Notes: generated by a model from the sequence alone, not told the origin. A DNA stretch of 64,000 nucleotides from Eledone cirrhosa (GCA_964016885.1 OZ024742.1:56606001-56670000), one strand, 5' to 3'; shown: positions 25,827 to 40,097, counted from the first letter of the stretch. Numbers and translations: made by a program.

Positions 25827-26042
25827 AGGGCGGTGTATTGGCAGTATCACTAAAGCGTTGCATAATATGTTTTATGACATATAGTAACATCCTTTTACTT
25901 TCTGAATTCAAATCCCGGCGAGATTACCTTTTGTCTTTCATCCTTATGGGATCTATAAGATAAAGTACCAGTAACGCACTGGTACTTTATCTTATTTAAT
26001 CCCCGCTAATTGTTGGCATCGTGCCTAAATCAGGGACCATTA
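25827..26042 (+). mobile_element. SINE family 1
   Basis: agggcggtgtattggcagtatc head, gaattcaaatccc B box, tail. Confidence 0.8.
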
Positions 26043-26209
26043 TATTTGTACTAGTTATTTTAAATGTAAATCTATCAAATTATCAATTGGCTCATGAAAA
26101 TTGTCCTTCCGCGAAATTAGACACCATAAGTGTTGTTACATTTGTTACAATACTCTTATACTAACTTTTACGATATATTTTAAAGTAAGAATCATTATTT
26201 ATTAATTTA

Positions 26210-26365
26210 GTAGACGGAGAATTGCCAGAGTTGTTAAAACGTCGGATTGAATGTTATGTGATATTCGTTTCGGTTATATGAATACAAATCCCGCCACTGT
26301 CAACTTTGCTTTTGATTCATTCGAAGTCAATAAAAAAGTACCAATCGAGTACTGGGGTCGATTCA
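26210..26365 (+). mobile_element. SINE family 1, diverged
   Basis: aaatcccgcc..gtcaactttgct...gtactggggtcgatt. Confidence 0.65.
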
Positions 26366-27066
26366 TCCTCTATAACTCGTTTTTACTCCCATTTCCTCAC
26401 TCTCTATCCTTCTCTAGAAGAAACCAGGTTTTGAAATGCCCTCGAAACGTCGCATGTCAATACGGCGCCCCTATCATTCCCTCGGGAGTTATGGGATCAC
26501 TTCCTACCTTACATCTACCTATCAATTATAACGTTATATTTTCAGCCATTACATATGTTTCCTTCTAAATTCAAACGTTAACATTCAAAATGTATCAAAC
26601 TTCAAGTATCAGAGAACACAAATATATGATTTTTAAATATTTACACTCTAATGAAGACATTCAAAATACGACTGAACTCACATCCCTCAAAATAAATACA
26701 ATATTTAGCTTAGTATATTTTCTTAATAACTTAAATACAGTTAATCGCAATGTTACGGGGTTAATTAATGTGAAATAAAGAAGCTTAAAACTTTCTGCCA
26801 ATAGCTAAAGTCAAACAAAATCCTTAACAACTCATGTACAACCCTCATTTATTCGAAGGTCGTACAATACGAGTCAGAAATGTACTTTTCTCATAAATTG
26901 GGAGTATGTACCTTATATACATATATATGTGAATATATAGACAACACAATACCTTCTGTATAAATGTCTGCATGTTATAATCTCATAGGCAGATTAAAAT
27001 TCTACACAAACACCCACACGAATCTATATGCATATATATATGTGTACCTATATCTATATGTGAGTG

Positions 27067-27097
<31 letters not shown>

Positions 27098-27129
27098 GGG
27101 GGGAGAGAAAGAGAGTGAGAGAAAATACA

Positions 27130-27163
<34 letters not shown>

Positions 27164-27165
27164 TA

Positions 27166-27374
27166 TAGGAGTTGTGGTAAGGAACCAGATGGGCCATAAC
27201 GCGCCAGAGTACTCAGTACTTAAGGTAGTAGAGTGGGTAATAGGAATATGTATGACCCCCGACGGCAGAGCTCAAGTCGTTTAGACGGGTATTTCTAGAC
27301 AAAATTACTGGTTAATTTAGTCCAGAAATAGCCGTCGAAACGGCTTGAGCTCTGCCGTCGGAGTCATACATTTT

Positions 27375-27378
<4 letters not shown>
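27166..27378 (-). mobile_element. PLE-type fold-back element, family C, in (TA)n
   Basis: Homologous to 31182-31386; arms carry GAAACGGC-uugagcuc-GCCGUC (hammerhead stem III and GUC site). Confidence 0.75.
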
Positions 27379-27432
<54 letters not shown>

Positions 27433-27542
27433 GAAAGAATGACGAATAACACGGATAAACATATAAGTACACTTAGAGAGAGGGGGGAAATGTGTAGCTG
27501 GATAGGTAGATGTTAGATAGATAGATTCGTAGATATATATAT

Positions 27543-27592
<50 letters not shown>

Positions 27593-28483
27593 TGTTAGAT
27601 TCCCAGACATTTCTGTAAATAGAAACCCTTGTTAATCTGCATTCATCTGTCACTACTGTTATATAGATATTCACGTTGTTCATATCTAATATAAAAAGCA
27701 TCAACACTTTAATTAGAAATGCTTATGTGGTGAAAATTCATAGATTTTCCTGCATTCTTTTCATAATAAACCCTTAATCACTATTCAATAGACTGATTCT
27801 TTTTCATCCTTCTATGGTCAATAATGGGGTTGATTTAATTCTATTCACTCCATTAAATATGTTATTACCTTCCACCATTATTAGAAACCTTACTTTTTTT
27901 ATATCAAATATCCATTGTTTCTTGCACGTTAAACTCAGTTCCAAAAATAATGAATCACAAAATCCTGATATAGTAGAAATAAAATTGGAGAATCTAATAT
28001 TGAATTCTGTCGAGGATTTAGGTTGAGGAAAACTTACAAGTAAACTTCATAATCTTGTTGGAAAAGATTCATATACTTTAACAAGTTTGCACTGGTGTTA
28101 CTGTTACTACTACTAGAAATAGAAATCTTCGGTGGCATTACGAATAGCATTAGATTTAAAAGAAAAGTTGTACGAAGAATGTGGACAGAAGAATCAGTAT
28201 CTAGAAATAGGTATTCATAACTATGACGTTTTCAACGTCATTCACTGACGAATAAACAAAGAGACACGCCTGAATATACATCCATTTATTCACTAGATGT
28301 ATATTCAGGCAAGCACTTCATATACACTAGATGTATGTTCAGGCAGCTCTTCATATACACTCACAAATTCCCGTCTTATAATAATAATAGAGTTTCAGAA
28401 AATACCATTTACGCATGTATAGCCTACACACCCGCCTACATAAGCATATGTGCACACATATACGTGTATGTTTACATAGAGGC

Positions 28484-28590
<107 letters not shown>

Positions 28591-28633
28591 ATTGTATATA
28601 AATACACACATACATACATCTATATGTATATGC

Positions 28634-28727
<94 letters not shown>

Positions 28728-29499
28728 TCATACATAGTTTGTGAATTTGTGCTGGTGCATACATAACATATTTTGATTAGTGGTGTACATTAATTCTTTG
28801 CTTTTGTATGAAGTTGAATAGATCAATGGTTGACTAAATATCGTTAACAAATACATTGTCAGTTAAACAAACTAAATCTAGTGTTTACATTTCTTTATTC
28901 CCCTCTCTTTCAAACCATCTCTATTTCTCGCTATCCCATTCTCTCTCCCTTTCTTTCTCACTCTCCTATTCTCTCTCTGCCCCCTCCCCCTCTCTCACTC
29001 GCTTGCATTTTTGTTGTTTTATTTTTATTTCTCTTTATCTACGAAAGCCTGGATAAGCGTGGTACTTATAGCCATGTTTACCAGGACGTGTCAATGAATA
29101 ATATTTCACTTGGCTTTATTTATATGTCTTTATACTGCAGCGAGAAAACCTAAAATAGCAATAACAAGATTTTCCACAACACACTATCCACATTCAATCT
29201 ATCTTTCATCTGAGTATTAAAAAAAATATCTGCTATAATGGAAAGAGAAAAAACTAACTTCAGAATGATCCTTTAATCTCTAAGAAGTAATATTCTAGAC
29301 GTTGGGAATTATTCAACTGCTAGATGTATTTTTGTGGCTTTCTCAAGAGTGAACATTACAGGCGGTAAATACTACATCCGCTTGCATATATATCTCATTG
29401 CATACTTCATATAGAAATATATTCATTATACGTCAATAATGAATCTTATGCTTGCTGCAGCCGACTGTGTGTATTTCCAGGCTAACGACCGAAGTCCAA

Positions 29500-29600
29500 T
29501 ATTTGAATGCACAATGATAAGATCGTAGGTTCGATTCTTAGAGTGGGTGACACGTTGTGTTCTCGAGCAAAACACTTTATTTCACACTGCTTCTTCTGCC
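29500..29600 (+). mobile_element. SINE family 2 fragment
   Basis: ggttcgattc B box then gttgtgttctcgagcaaaacactttatttcac as at 39100-39140. Confidence 0.65.
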
Positions 29601-29744
29601 AGTAGTTGCAACCAGTATATCGTATCAGCAATGGGAAGAAAGGTCAATGGAGATATTGTTGCATTAGTCCGATCAGATAATCGGGCCCTTTCATGAGTAC
29701 TGTAGAAAATTCTAGCCATCCATGGGTCCAACTGGTGGGAGGGA

Positions 29745-29900
29745 GGGGCGAATACTCAATCCTAATGTTGGTTGATGCTTTATTTTATTTATCAATCTCG
29801 AAAGATTGAAAAACTGAATCAAACTCGGCAACATTTGAACTGGAAGCGCAGCACCAAGCCGCAAAATTCTGTAAAGCATTCTATGAGACGTTTTAATTCA
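29745..29900 (-). mobile_element. SINE family 1, strongly diverged
   Basis: tgctttattttatt...ctcggcaacatttgaact...aaagcattctat. Confidence 0.5.
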
Positions 29901-30723
29901 CTTCTGACATATTCATCAAATGTAGAGTTAAAACATACTTATTACTTGACGAATGTAAAGTTACATATTCCTGGCGTTATAGAGAGATAGGAAAATAACG
30001 TCCACTAATGTTCCCAACCAATGAAATGATAGAATGCTGCTGAGTTTTAATCTCTTGTCAACAAATTATTTCATGTATTTTTACCGTTTATTTACAGAGC
30101 GGTGGTTAGTAACAATAAATCTTTCTTTCCAGGACTGGCGGGAGGAAGCAAGGAAATAATTCTTGCCAGCATTTTGATGAACCTATCCAAGGGGAGGGTT
30201 GTAGTTGTAAACAAGGCAACTGTTTAAATCTATCCTCCAAAACGATAACGCGGTCGACGCTGTTCTAATTCCACTTCCGTTAATCCATTGCTTTGGGCAG
30301 GTAATTTATTTTAGCAACCACGAAAGGGGGAAAAGTAAATTTCACCAACATTTTAACTCAGAAAACAGAGAACCAAAATTTATTCTGAATGGTGTTTTGT
30401 CTTATCCTATAAAGTATCTGCTAATTCTACGCCTATCGCCAATTCGCTCTATACATGTAGTGTTATGATAATGTAAAAAGAATTATCATGAAAAAGAACA
30501 TTTAGATTTAACAATAATCGTTGTTTTGTTTTTGTTTTTGTTTTTGCTTTGTTTTGTTTGTCAGTTTTTCGCGCTGAAACGTTTTTTTAATATCCCATCT
30601 TACATGTTACGGGCTATTAATCTCGTCTTGGGAATGTGTTGTATAACAGTTTGATCGGTTCGATCGACGATCTTTTGCAGGTGCCAGATTGATTATGAGA
30701 AGTAAGTGTGTCTACACGTCGTG

Positions 30724-30848
<125 letters not shown>

Positions 30849-31101
30849 TGCGTGTGTGTTTGTGTGTGTAAGTTTGTGCCAGTTTGTTTGTCTGCCTATG
30901 AGTATTTGCGAATGTCGAATGTGAGTCATGTCAGAAACCTTCTGCGATGTCAGTCGCTCAAGTAGAAATATTAGCCAGGTTACAACGAAACCACAGTATA
31001 TCGTCTTAAATCAAAAAGAAAAACCATTAAAAAAATTATGCAATGGACAGGTATACAATGCCTTTTATGACTAATCTCTCTCATTCTCCTTCTCTCTCTC
31101 G

Positions 31102-31142
<41 letters not shown>

Positions 31143-31143
31143 A

Positions 31144-31181
<38 letters not shown>

Positions 31182-31183
<2 letters not shown>

Positions 31184-31382
31184 CGAAGGAAATGTGGTAA
31201 GGAACCAGGTGGACCATAACGCACCAAAGTACTCAATACTTAGGGTAGTATAGCGGGTAATAGGAACGAGTAGGACCCCGACGGCTGAGCTCAAGCCGTT
31301 TCGACGGCTAATTCTGGACTAAATTTAGTCCAGAATCAGCCGTCGAAACGGCTTGAGCTCAGCCGTCGGGGTCCTACTCGTT

Positions 31383-31386
<4 letters not shown>
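31182..31386 (-). mobile_element. Family C fold-back element in (TA)n
   Basis: Near-perfect ~63-bp arms 31260-31323 / 31324-31387 plus ~78-nt tail containing aagtactcaatac. Confidence 0.85.
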
Positions 31387-31416
<30 letters not shown>

Positions 31417-32078
31417 TATATGAATGCATATAGGATATGTTTATATATAATAATCATACAAGAGTCTAACTATGAATATTTTAAGATATCACAGCTATCT
31501 CTGTCTACACGTTCTGGCTGGGTTTGACCTACATAACAACGATGCCGTTTCTGTCACAAAATCTCTATGCCTTATTTTTACATAAAATATCAAATATTTG
31601 ACACACACATTATACAACCAGAATACCATCAAATTATGTGGAACTCTGATTGATGTATAAAAATATGAAAAACATTTATCGATATGGTAGTATGTGACAC
31701 GTCATAATAACAATAAGTGTTTTTGCTCACATGTATCAGATATTTGGACCACTTCGCTGCCCTCCCCAGAGACGGTGATTGATGTAAGTAAAGAATACTT
31801 ATGTACTGGCAACTATGCATAGTCGGACATATGCACTCTCTTTTAATTCTTAAGAGCTCAGGTATATTTATATATCCACAATTTGAGCGTTTGTTTTATT
31901 TTTCAATTGTTTTCACTTAGATACACTGCATATCACAGAAACTTTGTATGACTATGGTTTATGTTTGTTGGCTTGACGCTTGTATTAAGGATATTCTGAC
32001 ATTTGTGATTTAGATATTGACAAATCTTTTCAGAATTTGATCACAGTTACATCAGTCAAAGATTATACATATATATAT

Positions 32079-32232
32079 AGAAGTGGTTACACAACAGTTA
32101 GTTCACCATGTGAACTAACTGTTAGTTCACCATGGTGAACTAACTGTTGTGTAACCACTTCTACCTAACTCGTCCCATGGACTGAGTGCTCTACCACTAC
32201 GGAGATTACCTTCCAGTGTTCTACCACTGTAA
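32079..32232 (+). mobile_element. Family E fold-back element in (TA)n, truncated
   Basis: Inverted homologue of 56428-56630; tail contains tgagtgctc. Confidence 0.8.
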
Positions 32233-32478
32233 ATATATATATATATATATATATACATTTTTAGTGAATGAATTTGTTCAGTAAGAGTGAACTGTCACAT
32301 GTTATCGTTTGTCCTGTGTATATAAATATATATATATATATATAAATAGATATATATATATATACATGTGTATGTGTGTATATGTGTGTGTGTGTGCGTG
32401 TGTGTGTGTGTTCGTGTGTTGGGGGGGGTTGTGTGTGTGTATGTGTGCACGCATACATACATAGAAGCAACTGTTTCC

Positions 32479-32509
<31 letters not shown>

Positions 32510-32995
32510 AAATGGTCTATGAGAACTGCTTTCGGTATGTAAGACGTCGAATTTTGATCATCTTCAAAAACGTTTGACGACTAAGAAAAAGTCTCTGAAG
32601 TTTTGTTCCAATGTAAGAAATGATATTTTAACCAACGTAAATTCACATTCTTTTATTTTCATTTTCAGGCATTCATTTCTATTTTATGTTTTATTGACAG
32701 TCGTTTTCTTCTCTGTCATATTTAAAATGGAAGCTGAAATTACGACAGCCACGTCAAAAAGACCAAAAAGAAACATAGAAGCATTTTTCAGAGAAATTTC
32801 ATAAAGATCTACGTTTGGAGTAATAGCTGGGAAATAAAGTTTAATATATTGGCTGCGATATAATACTATAGAAAGCTGGGGAAGGTGATATAAACCAAAT
32901 AGAAAATATAGAACTAAAGTAAGAACACAACAGAAAAGGAATTCTTGAAGATTTATAACAATATACGTATAAAAATATTTTTTAACTATAATTCA

Positions 32996-33716
32996 AGGAG
33001 GAGGAGGGGGAGAAGAAGAAGAAGAAGAAGAAGAAGAAGAAGAAGAAGAAGAAGAAGAAGAAGAAGAAGAAGAAGAAGAAGAATCGAGCATAAGCTAAAA
33101 AAAAAGAACAAATAGTAAATATAATGATTATGATGATGATGATGATGATGATTATGATGGAGGATTATGATGATGATGATGATTATGATGATGATGATGA
33201 AGACGTTGATGATGATGAAGATGTTGATGATGATGATGACGAAGTAGAACACCAACAACGTTAAGGGAGACGCTGGGATTAAAGAGCAGAAGAGCAGCAA
33301 TAGATACATAACAATAGGAGCATCAGAATCAGTGTTCATCACTACTACCACCACAACCACCACCACAAACACCACTACCGCCTTCATTGCTTACATCACT
33401 ACAACAAACACCATCTCCCCCCATCACCAGAAATGCTGTCGCTACAACTATCACCGCCGCCGCCACCACCACATCAACTACCACCACCAACACCAGCGCC
33501 ACCGCTACAACTTCCATCCCTCAAAAAAAACACCGCTACCTCCACAACTACCTCTAACAACACTTACAACAACAACAACAACAATAACAACAACTAACAA
33601 AAAAGAACCAAAACAACAAAAACAAAAGAAAAACTGCAACAACAACAGCAACAACAATATCAATAACAACAACAACGATAATATCAACAGTGACAACAAT
33701 AACAATATCAACAAAA
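32996..33716. repeat. Patchwork of (GGA),(AAG),(GAT),(CAC),(AAC) trinucleotide repeats
   Basis: Directly visible. Confidence 0.9.
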
Positions 33717-34289
33717 CCTAAATGATAAAGAAATTCCGATGTCCATTCCTGAACAAATACACTGATTTAAAGATGTAGTGTTTTTGTTGCTTTATCTTTC
33801 TTTGTTTGTTTCTTGCCTAAGTTGGTGGCATTATCTCTATATGAGAGTAGTTCACATCAAAAAGGTATTTTCATGAATATTACACAAAAGAAGACTTTTT
33901 TTAATCATACAGTAGAGTGCGATATAATATACGACATTGATGCATTCTTAATGGCTACACATTCTAGAAGTGCCGTTTACTGACATTTTACGAGAGAAAA
34001 AAACAATGCGGCCTCCTCATCTTAAGTTCAAAGAATTACTGAAAAGTTTATACTGTCAGAAGGCTGATGAATCAATTTTGAAATCTTGGCTTTTCCGTGA
34101 AAGGAAAACGAAAGGAAATAAAATAAATAGAATGTTGCATTAGGAAGTAAGGATGAAGTGGGTAGAAAATAAAAGATATTTGATATTTCAGCGTATATAC
34201 AAGGGTGCATGTATGTAAATATATATATATTTATATATTTGGAAATGCGTGTGTATGTATGTGTGTGTATGTATATATGTCTATATATC

Positions 34290-34362
<73 letters not shown>

Positions 34363-34368
<6 letters not shown>

Positions 34369-34560
34369 TAAAATAACAGATTAAAGTTTAAGCAAAGAAT
34401 CGCTGCTTTCACCCTTAACGGTTGAAAGCACCGATTCTTTGCTTAAACTTTAATCTGTTATTTTAATAAATATTTGCTCTACGGTTCTTATATATTTGAT
34501 ATATATTTATCCATATCGAGCCCTCTTTGGATTTTAGTCTTCAAAATAATTATTATTACT
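34363..34560 (+). mobile_element. Family B fold-back element in (TA)n
   Basis: Arms 34363-34411 / 34422-34470 plus ~88-nt tail. Confidence 0.8.
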
Positions 34561-34565
34561 ATATA

Positions 34566-34610
<45 letters not shown>

Positions 34611-34612
<2 letters not shown>

Positions 34613-34875
34613 CGAAGGAAATGTGGTAAGGAACCAGGTGGACCATAACGCACCAAAGTACTCAATACTTAGGGTAGTAGAGTGGGTAATAGGAACGAGT
34701 AGGACCCCGGCGGCTGAGCTCAAGCCGTTTCGACGGCTAATTCTGGACTCAACAATTTGTCCGCGTCTCTGCAGACAAATCCTCAAAAGTTAAACAAAAT
34801 AAACTAACAACTAAGAGACCAGAATTAGCCGTCGAAACGGCTTGAGCTCAGCCGTCGGGGTCCTACTCGTTCCTA
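34611..34875 (-). mobile_element. Family C fold-back element with a 66-bp captured spacer
   Basis: Same tail and arms as 31182-31386; spacer 34749-34814 is the reverse complement of 37253-37318. Confidence 0.85.
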
Positions 34876-34894
34876 TATATATATATATTTATAT

Positions 34895-35068
34895 ATATTT
34901 ATTAAAATAACAGATTAAAGTTTAAGCAAAGAATCGCTGCTTTCCTTGCTTAAACTTTAATCTGTTATTTTAATAAATATTTGCTCTACGGTTCTTATAT
35001 ATTTGATATATATTTATCCTTAACGAGCCCTCTTTGGATTTTAGTCTTCAAATTTATTATTATTACTA
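34895..35068 (+). mobile_element. Family B fold-back element in (TA)n
   Basis: Same left-arm start and tail as 34363-34560, different fold point. Confidence 0.8.
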
Positions 35069-35089
35069 TATATATATATATAAATATAT

Positions 35090-35277
35090 AGGTACGTTAT
35101 TCCGGGTTGAATCGGAGGTAACCACAGTAAGTAAGGTATACATAGCAGAGTATAAAAGTTTTAATATAGATGAGATTCTACAGGACTAGAACTGTTTCAT
35201 TCTTTAGAAATCATCATCTGATGATTTCTAAAGAATGAAACATTTATAGTCCTGTAGAATCTCATCTATATTAAAAT
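35090..35277 (-). mobile_element. Family A fold-back element in (TA)n
   Basis: Arms fold at 35216-35218; ctgatga-tttc-taaa-gaat-gaaa core at 35218-35240 lacks the 5' strand of stem I. Confidence 0.8.
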
Positions 35278-36742
35278 ACATAAATATATATATATATGTA
35301 TATATATATAAAAATATAATATATATATATACACGCACACACAGGAGTGTGTGCGTATGTGTATCCTTATGTAAACAATATAGAGTCCTTTTGTGAGGTC
35401 ATATGAATCGCCTATTATTTTCTATGTATGCATTTGTATCGGCATCTCTGCATGTTTGCATATGTGGAGAACAAATAATCTTACATAGATCCCGGTTAAA
35501 TCCAGGTTCCATAGGAAACTCTAACTTTACAAAGAAATACGAGGGCAATTTAACACTTTCCACTTCAATAATAGAAATCTTCCTTAGTTATATCATCATT
35601 ATATAAAAACTATATAACGACTAAAAGGTCGTCTTCTTCTTCTTCTTCTTCTTCTTCTTCTTCTTCTTCTTCTTCTTCTTCTTCTTCTTCTTCTTCTTCT
35701 GCATCGTCGTCTTCGTCGTCCTCGCCGTCTTCGCCCACTCAATTCTGGGAGGGCCGTAGAGGCAGTGTCCGCAGACCGAAAAATAGGTATGTAATTAAAT
35801 TTTTCTGCGTTGATTGTCGATTAGCAGCAAACCTTGGGATATCGCCAAAAGAAAGTAATGTTAGTAATTTCCATCTCAGCTGCAACTAAAAGAAACCAAA
35901 TTATGTTTGTTAAAACATTAGGCTTATCTATAAACACTCTCACGACGCCAAAAATATAGAAAACCTCCTCCACCCTCCACTAAAATGTACCCAATAAAAG
36001 AAGACTAAAACCTACACGGTGAATCACATATCTTCGCAATGACCAAGTAGTCGACGAACAAGAATCTCAAAGAAAAGACCACGTATAGACTATTGAGGTC
36101 AGAAGCTTCGATTATGTAGAGCGTGCAAGAGATAGGTGACTGGTGAAAAACAAGGTTATGAAATATTATGCCAAGTCCATAAAAAGAATATGATTACTTT
36201 TAAACCCACACCAACACCATTGATGTTCACTCATATTTTCTGTACAATGATGAGGAATACGTGAAGATGACAGATGGCCAGGATTGTGTGATACCCTGAT
36301 GTAAGCCAAATTAAGTTAGGGTGTTATACGCCGAATTTTGTAGCAGTTATTCCTAGTCGGTTGGGAAAATATCAAGTGGGTTTTCTTGTTATCTCCTTAA
36401 ATTATGTGTGAGCTATAAATTTAATTAATCATTTAATTCATGATATAATGTTTAATTTAACGGCTAAATGTTCGATGCAAATTACTAACAAGATATGTAT
36501 AATAAACATTTGCTATATGTATATGGAGAGATTTCGGAATATAATAACATTTCAACTTATAGTGTGTCGGGTACCTTAATAATCTGTCTGTATGGCTGAA
36601 TTTCGAGATATATTTTGTATATCACCTATCGAGAATCAGATTGAAATAAAGGAATGTTGTACCATGCTACGGAATATTATTCTCAGAATCAGAAATATGA
36701 AACATGAAAAGAAAATCTGATACGTATATATATATATATACA

Positions 36743-36786
<44 letters not shown>

Positions 36787-36796
36787 GTATGTATGC

Positions 36797-36863
<67 letters not shown>

Positions 36864-36873
36864 GTATGTATGC

Positions 36874-36913
<40 letters not shown>

Positions 36914-38803
36914 CGAATATCCGGCCCACGTCTCACAGTAAAAGCCTTAGAGATATAACCAATTATCCTATGCAGATTCACAAGAAATTTAATAAACGTC
37001 TACTATTTCTTGTTTACTTCCTCATCCGAGAAATGCTACCGTTTCTCATAGAGGTTTTGTGTACGTTTAACGAACACTCTAGCTGTATTACTGCTGAAAC
37101 TTTTCCTCAATATATATATAAACACAATTATACACTTACGTATGCCTACGAACACTCATGCATAGATATGTATGTGTATATTTGTGAATCAATATAAGTG
37201 CTTGAAGAGTAGTAATGTATACAGTTTTTATACATATCAAATTTCTATGACATTAGTGGTTAGTTTATTTTGTTTAACATTTGAGGATTTGTCTGCAGAG
37301 ACGCGGACAAATTGTTGAAGCCAGCAGCTAAAAGGAAAGTTGAAAGAACAAGCTTGAAAGAGTTCTGATATCAGATCAATGTTAAGATTGTGTTATTTCA
37401 TCCTAATTATTTTACATTGAAATCAACTTGAAACGGAATTTTAGGGCTACTCTATCAACGGATCAGGCATTAAATGTTTACAACTGTAGCTCATGTGTTT
37501 ACATCTGAATGTTATATTTTCCATAGTAAACAGATATTAAAATGCATGTAAAGAATTTAATGTTTGATATTTTGGTAACAAAATAATTTATATTTTAAGT
37601 TCTAGATAGTATTTGAATAAAGAAAAAATAGTTTTAGATTAATAACGGGATCATAACATTATTTAATGGGCACGTGCTTACAGAGTATCATGTACGGTTA
37701 TTTATCTGGAAAATATTAAACATGTTTTTTTTCGTTTTTTTTTTTTGTTTGGTTTTTTTGTTTGGTTTTTTACTTTTCATATTTTTGGAAGAACACATAA
37801 TTCAGTCAAGATATATTTGTGAAAATATCGAGTCATTTATTTATAAATAGACTAGAAAAATATAAAGGCTGCGCCTTTTAGAAAGAGCAAGCAGATATCT
37901 CCCAAATCTTCCCCAAATCTCTTACTCCTGGCTCACAAAAAAGAAAACCATTCGGTATGCTTGGGTAAAAATACGATGCTGATTTTCGGCCCGTTCAATC
38001 AGGCTTATATAGTAATAAAACATATGACTAATATATGACTAAATAGGTCCAACAATAAAACGCAATTGATATGACGTGGAGTAGGGTGTGCATCTCCCTT
38101 ACCATCCTCTGGGGAAACGCCTTCTCCATCCTGTCCGCCGGGGTTGTGTGGAGGCCAGCACGTGGAACCCCATTTGCTCACCATACGGATTAATAGGCAA
38201 AGTTATAAACTATTGTAAATAAATGTTTGATTAAAACAAGCTAATATATGACTAAACAGCTCCAACGTTAAAACGCGATTGATATATAATAAATTTGTAC
38301 TGTCAAATTAACCGGAATAGATTGGCGTTTATGAGAGGGCCGTAGATACATGTTATCTAACAAATTAACCTATAGTGTTAGGTTAATGTACATATATCTT
38401 GGTGAGAATTACCTATCGTGTTCTAAATGGCTGCTCATAATTTAAAAATAATCTGAGATACACAGAAAAAATCTCTAGGGACAGCTTTAACTACAGGTGG
38501 TTGATAGAACATGAAGAGACAATTATGATATTTTCCTATTCCAGTTCTATATCAATCTGATACCCGTCCTGTCTAGAATACAGTAATAGAGACAATGTTT
38601 CAATGGCCGCGAAAACAGGGCAGCCATAGAAGTTACTTAACTACTCTGCTTGGATTATAAAATTGTAAAAAATAAAATAGATGCGTAGATAGATCTAGAT
38701 GAACATATATGAATAAAAAAAATATATAAATAGGTGCTTATTTATATATATTTTATTATCGTATTGTATGACTTAAACCAGTTCCTCGGCATTCCTATAA
38801 ATA

Positions 38804-38873
<70 letters not shown>

Positions 38874-38928
38874 TGAATATATATATATATATATATATAT
38901 AGATATCTTTCTTTATTTATCTATCTAT

Positions 38929-38959
<31 letters not shown>

Positions 38960-39026
38960 CGCATGTATATATGCATATATATATATATACGCATATATAT
39001 ATATATACATATATATATGTATATAT

Positions 39027-39372
39027 GGAGGCACATGGCTTAGTGGTTAGAGCATTGGTCTTGCAATCAAAAGGTTGTGAGTTCAATTCTCAGACCGGGT
39101 GATGTGTTGTTTCTTTGAGCAAGACACTTTATTTCACATTGCTCCAGTTTACTCAGCTGTAGAAATGAGATGAGAGGGGCTGCGGTCCCTATCATTCAAC
39201 TGCAAAGTGGTCGTGGAGGTGCCACGGCAAAAAAGCACCCAGCACTCTCTGTAAATGAGGTTGGTGTTAGGAAGGGCATACAGCTGTAGAAATCAAGCCG
39301 GAATCAATTCGCGTCACACTCTTGCAAGCAGGAAAAAGCGAACGTAAAATGAAATGATGACGATGATGATGA
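39027..39372 (+). mobile_element. SINE family 2 (tRNA-derived head, (GAT)n tail)
   Basis: tggcttagtggttaga A box, gagttcaattc B box, ttgagcaagacactttatttcacattgctccagt central domain, ggttggtgttaggaagggcat 3' domain, atgatgatgat tail. Confidence 0.85.
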
Positions 39373-39386
39373 TACATATATATGTA

Positions 39387-39417
<31 letters not shown>

Positions 39418-39431
39418 GTATATATAAATAC

Positions 39432-39624
39432 ATAGGAACCAGTAAGACCCTGACGGCTGAGCTCAAGCCGTTTCGACGGCTAATTCTGGACTAAATTAGC
39501 CGTCGAAACGGCTTGAACTCAGCCGTCGGGGACTTACTGGTTCCTATTACCCACTCTACTACACTATGTATTGAGTACTTTGGTGCGTTATGGTCCACCT
39601 GGTTCCTTACCACATTTCCTTCGT

Positions 39625-39626
<2 letters not shown>
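39432..39626 (+). mobile_element. Family C fold-back element in (TA)n
   Basis: Opposite-orientation copy of 31182-31386. Confidence 0.85.
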
Positions 39627-39681
<55 letters not shown>

Positions 39682-40006
39682 ATGTGTGTTTGCGTGTTTG
39701 TCAGTGTATATATGTGTATGTCCGTGTATAACACACTAAAGTCAAAATTTTATTGTATATTCAGAATTTTTCAATGTCCATTCCACTTGGCACAAAGACG
39801 TTTTTATATTTCTGATTTAATTTATTTCAATTATTTATTGTGCACTGTTGTGACGTTCCGATATGTTTTTTAAAGTTTCACTCTAGTATATAGTCAACCT
39901 TTACGTCTATCTATGCATCCATTTAGTTATTTAACTATATAACTATCTGCTTGTCTATCTATATACCTTTTTATCTAGCTATTTATCTCCCTAGCTATCT
40001 CCCCCC

Positions 40007-40040
<34 letters not shown>

Positions 40041-40055
40041 GCACAACACACACAA

Positions 40056-40097
<42 letters not shown>

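Noticed and set aside
32986-33721. Poly-Leu/His/Thr/Asn ORFs
   Set aside because: Products of trinucleotide repeat patchwork
39027-39100. tRNA gene
   Set aside because: A/B boxes present but no complete cloverleaf; continues into SINE body
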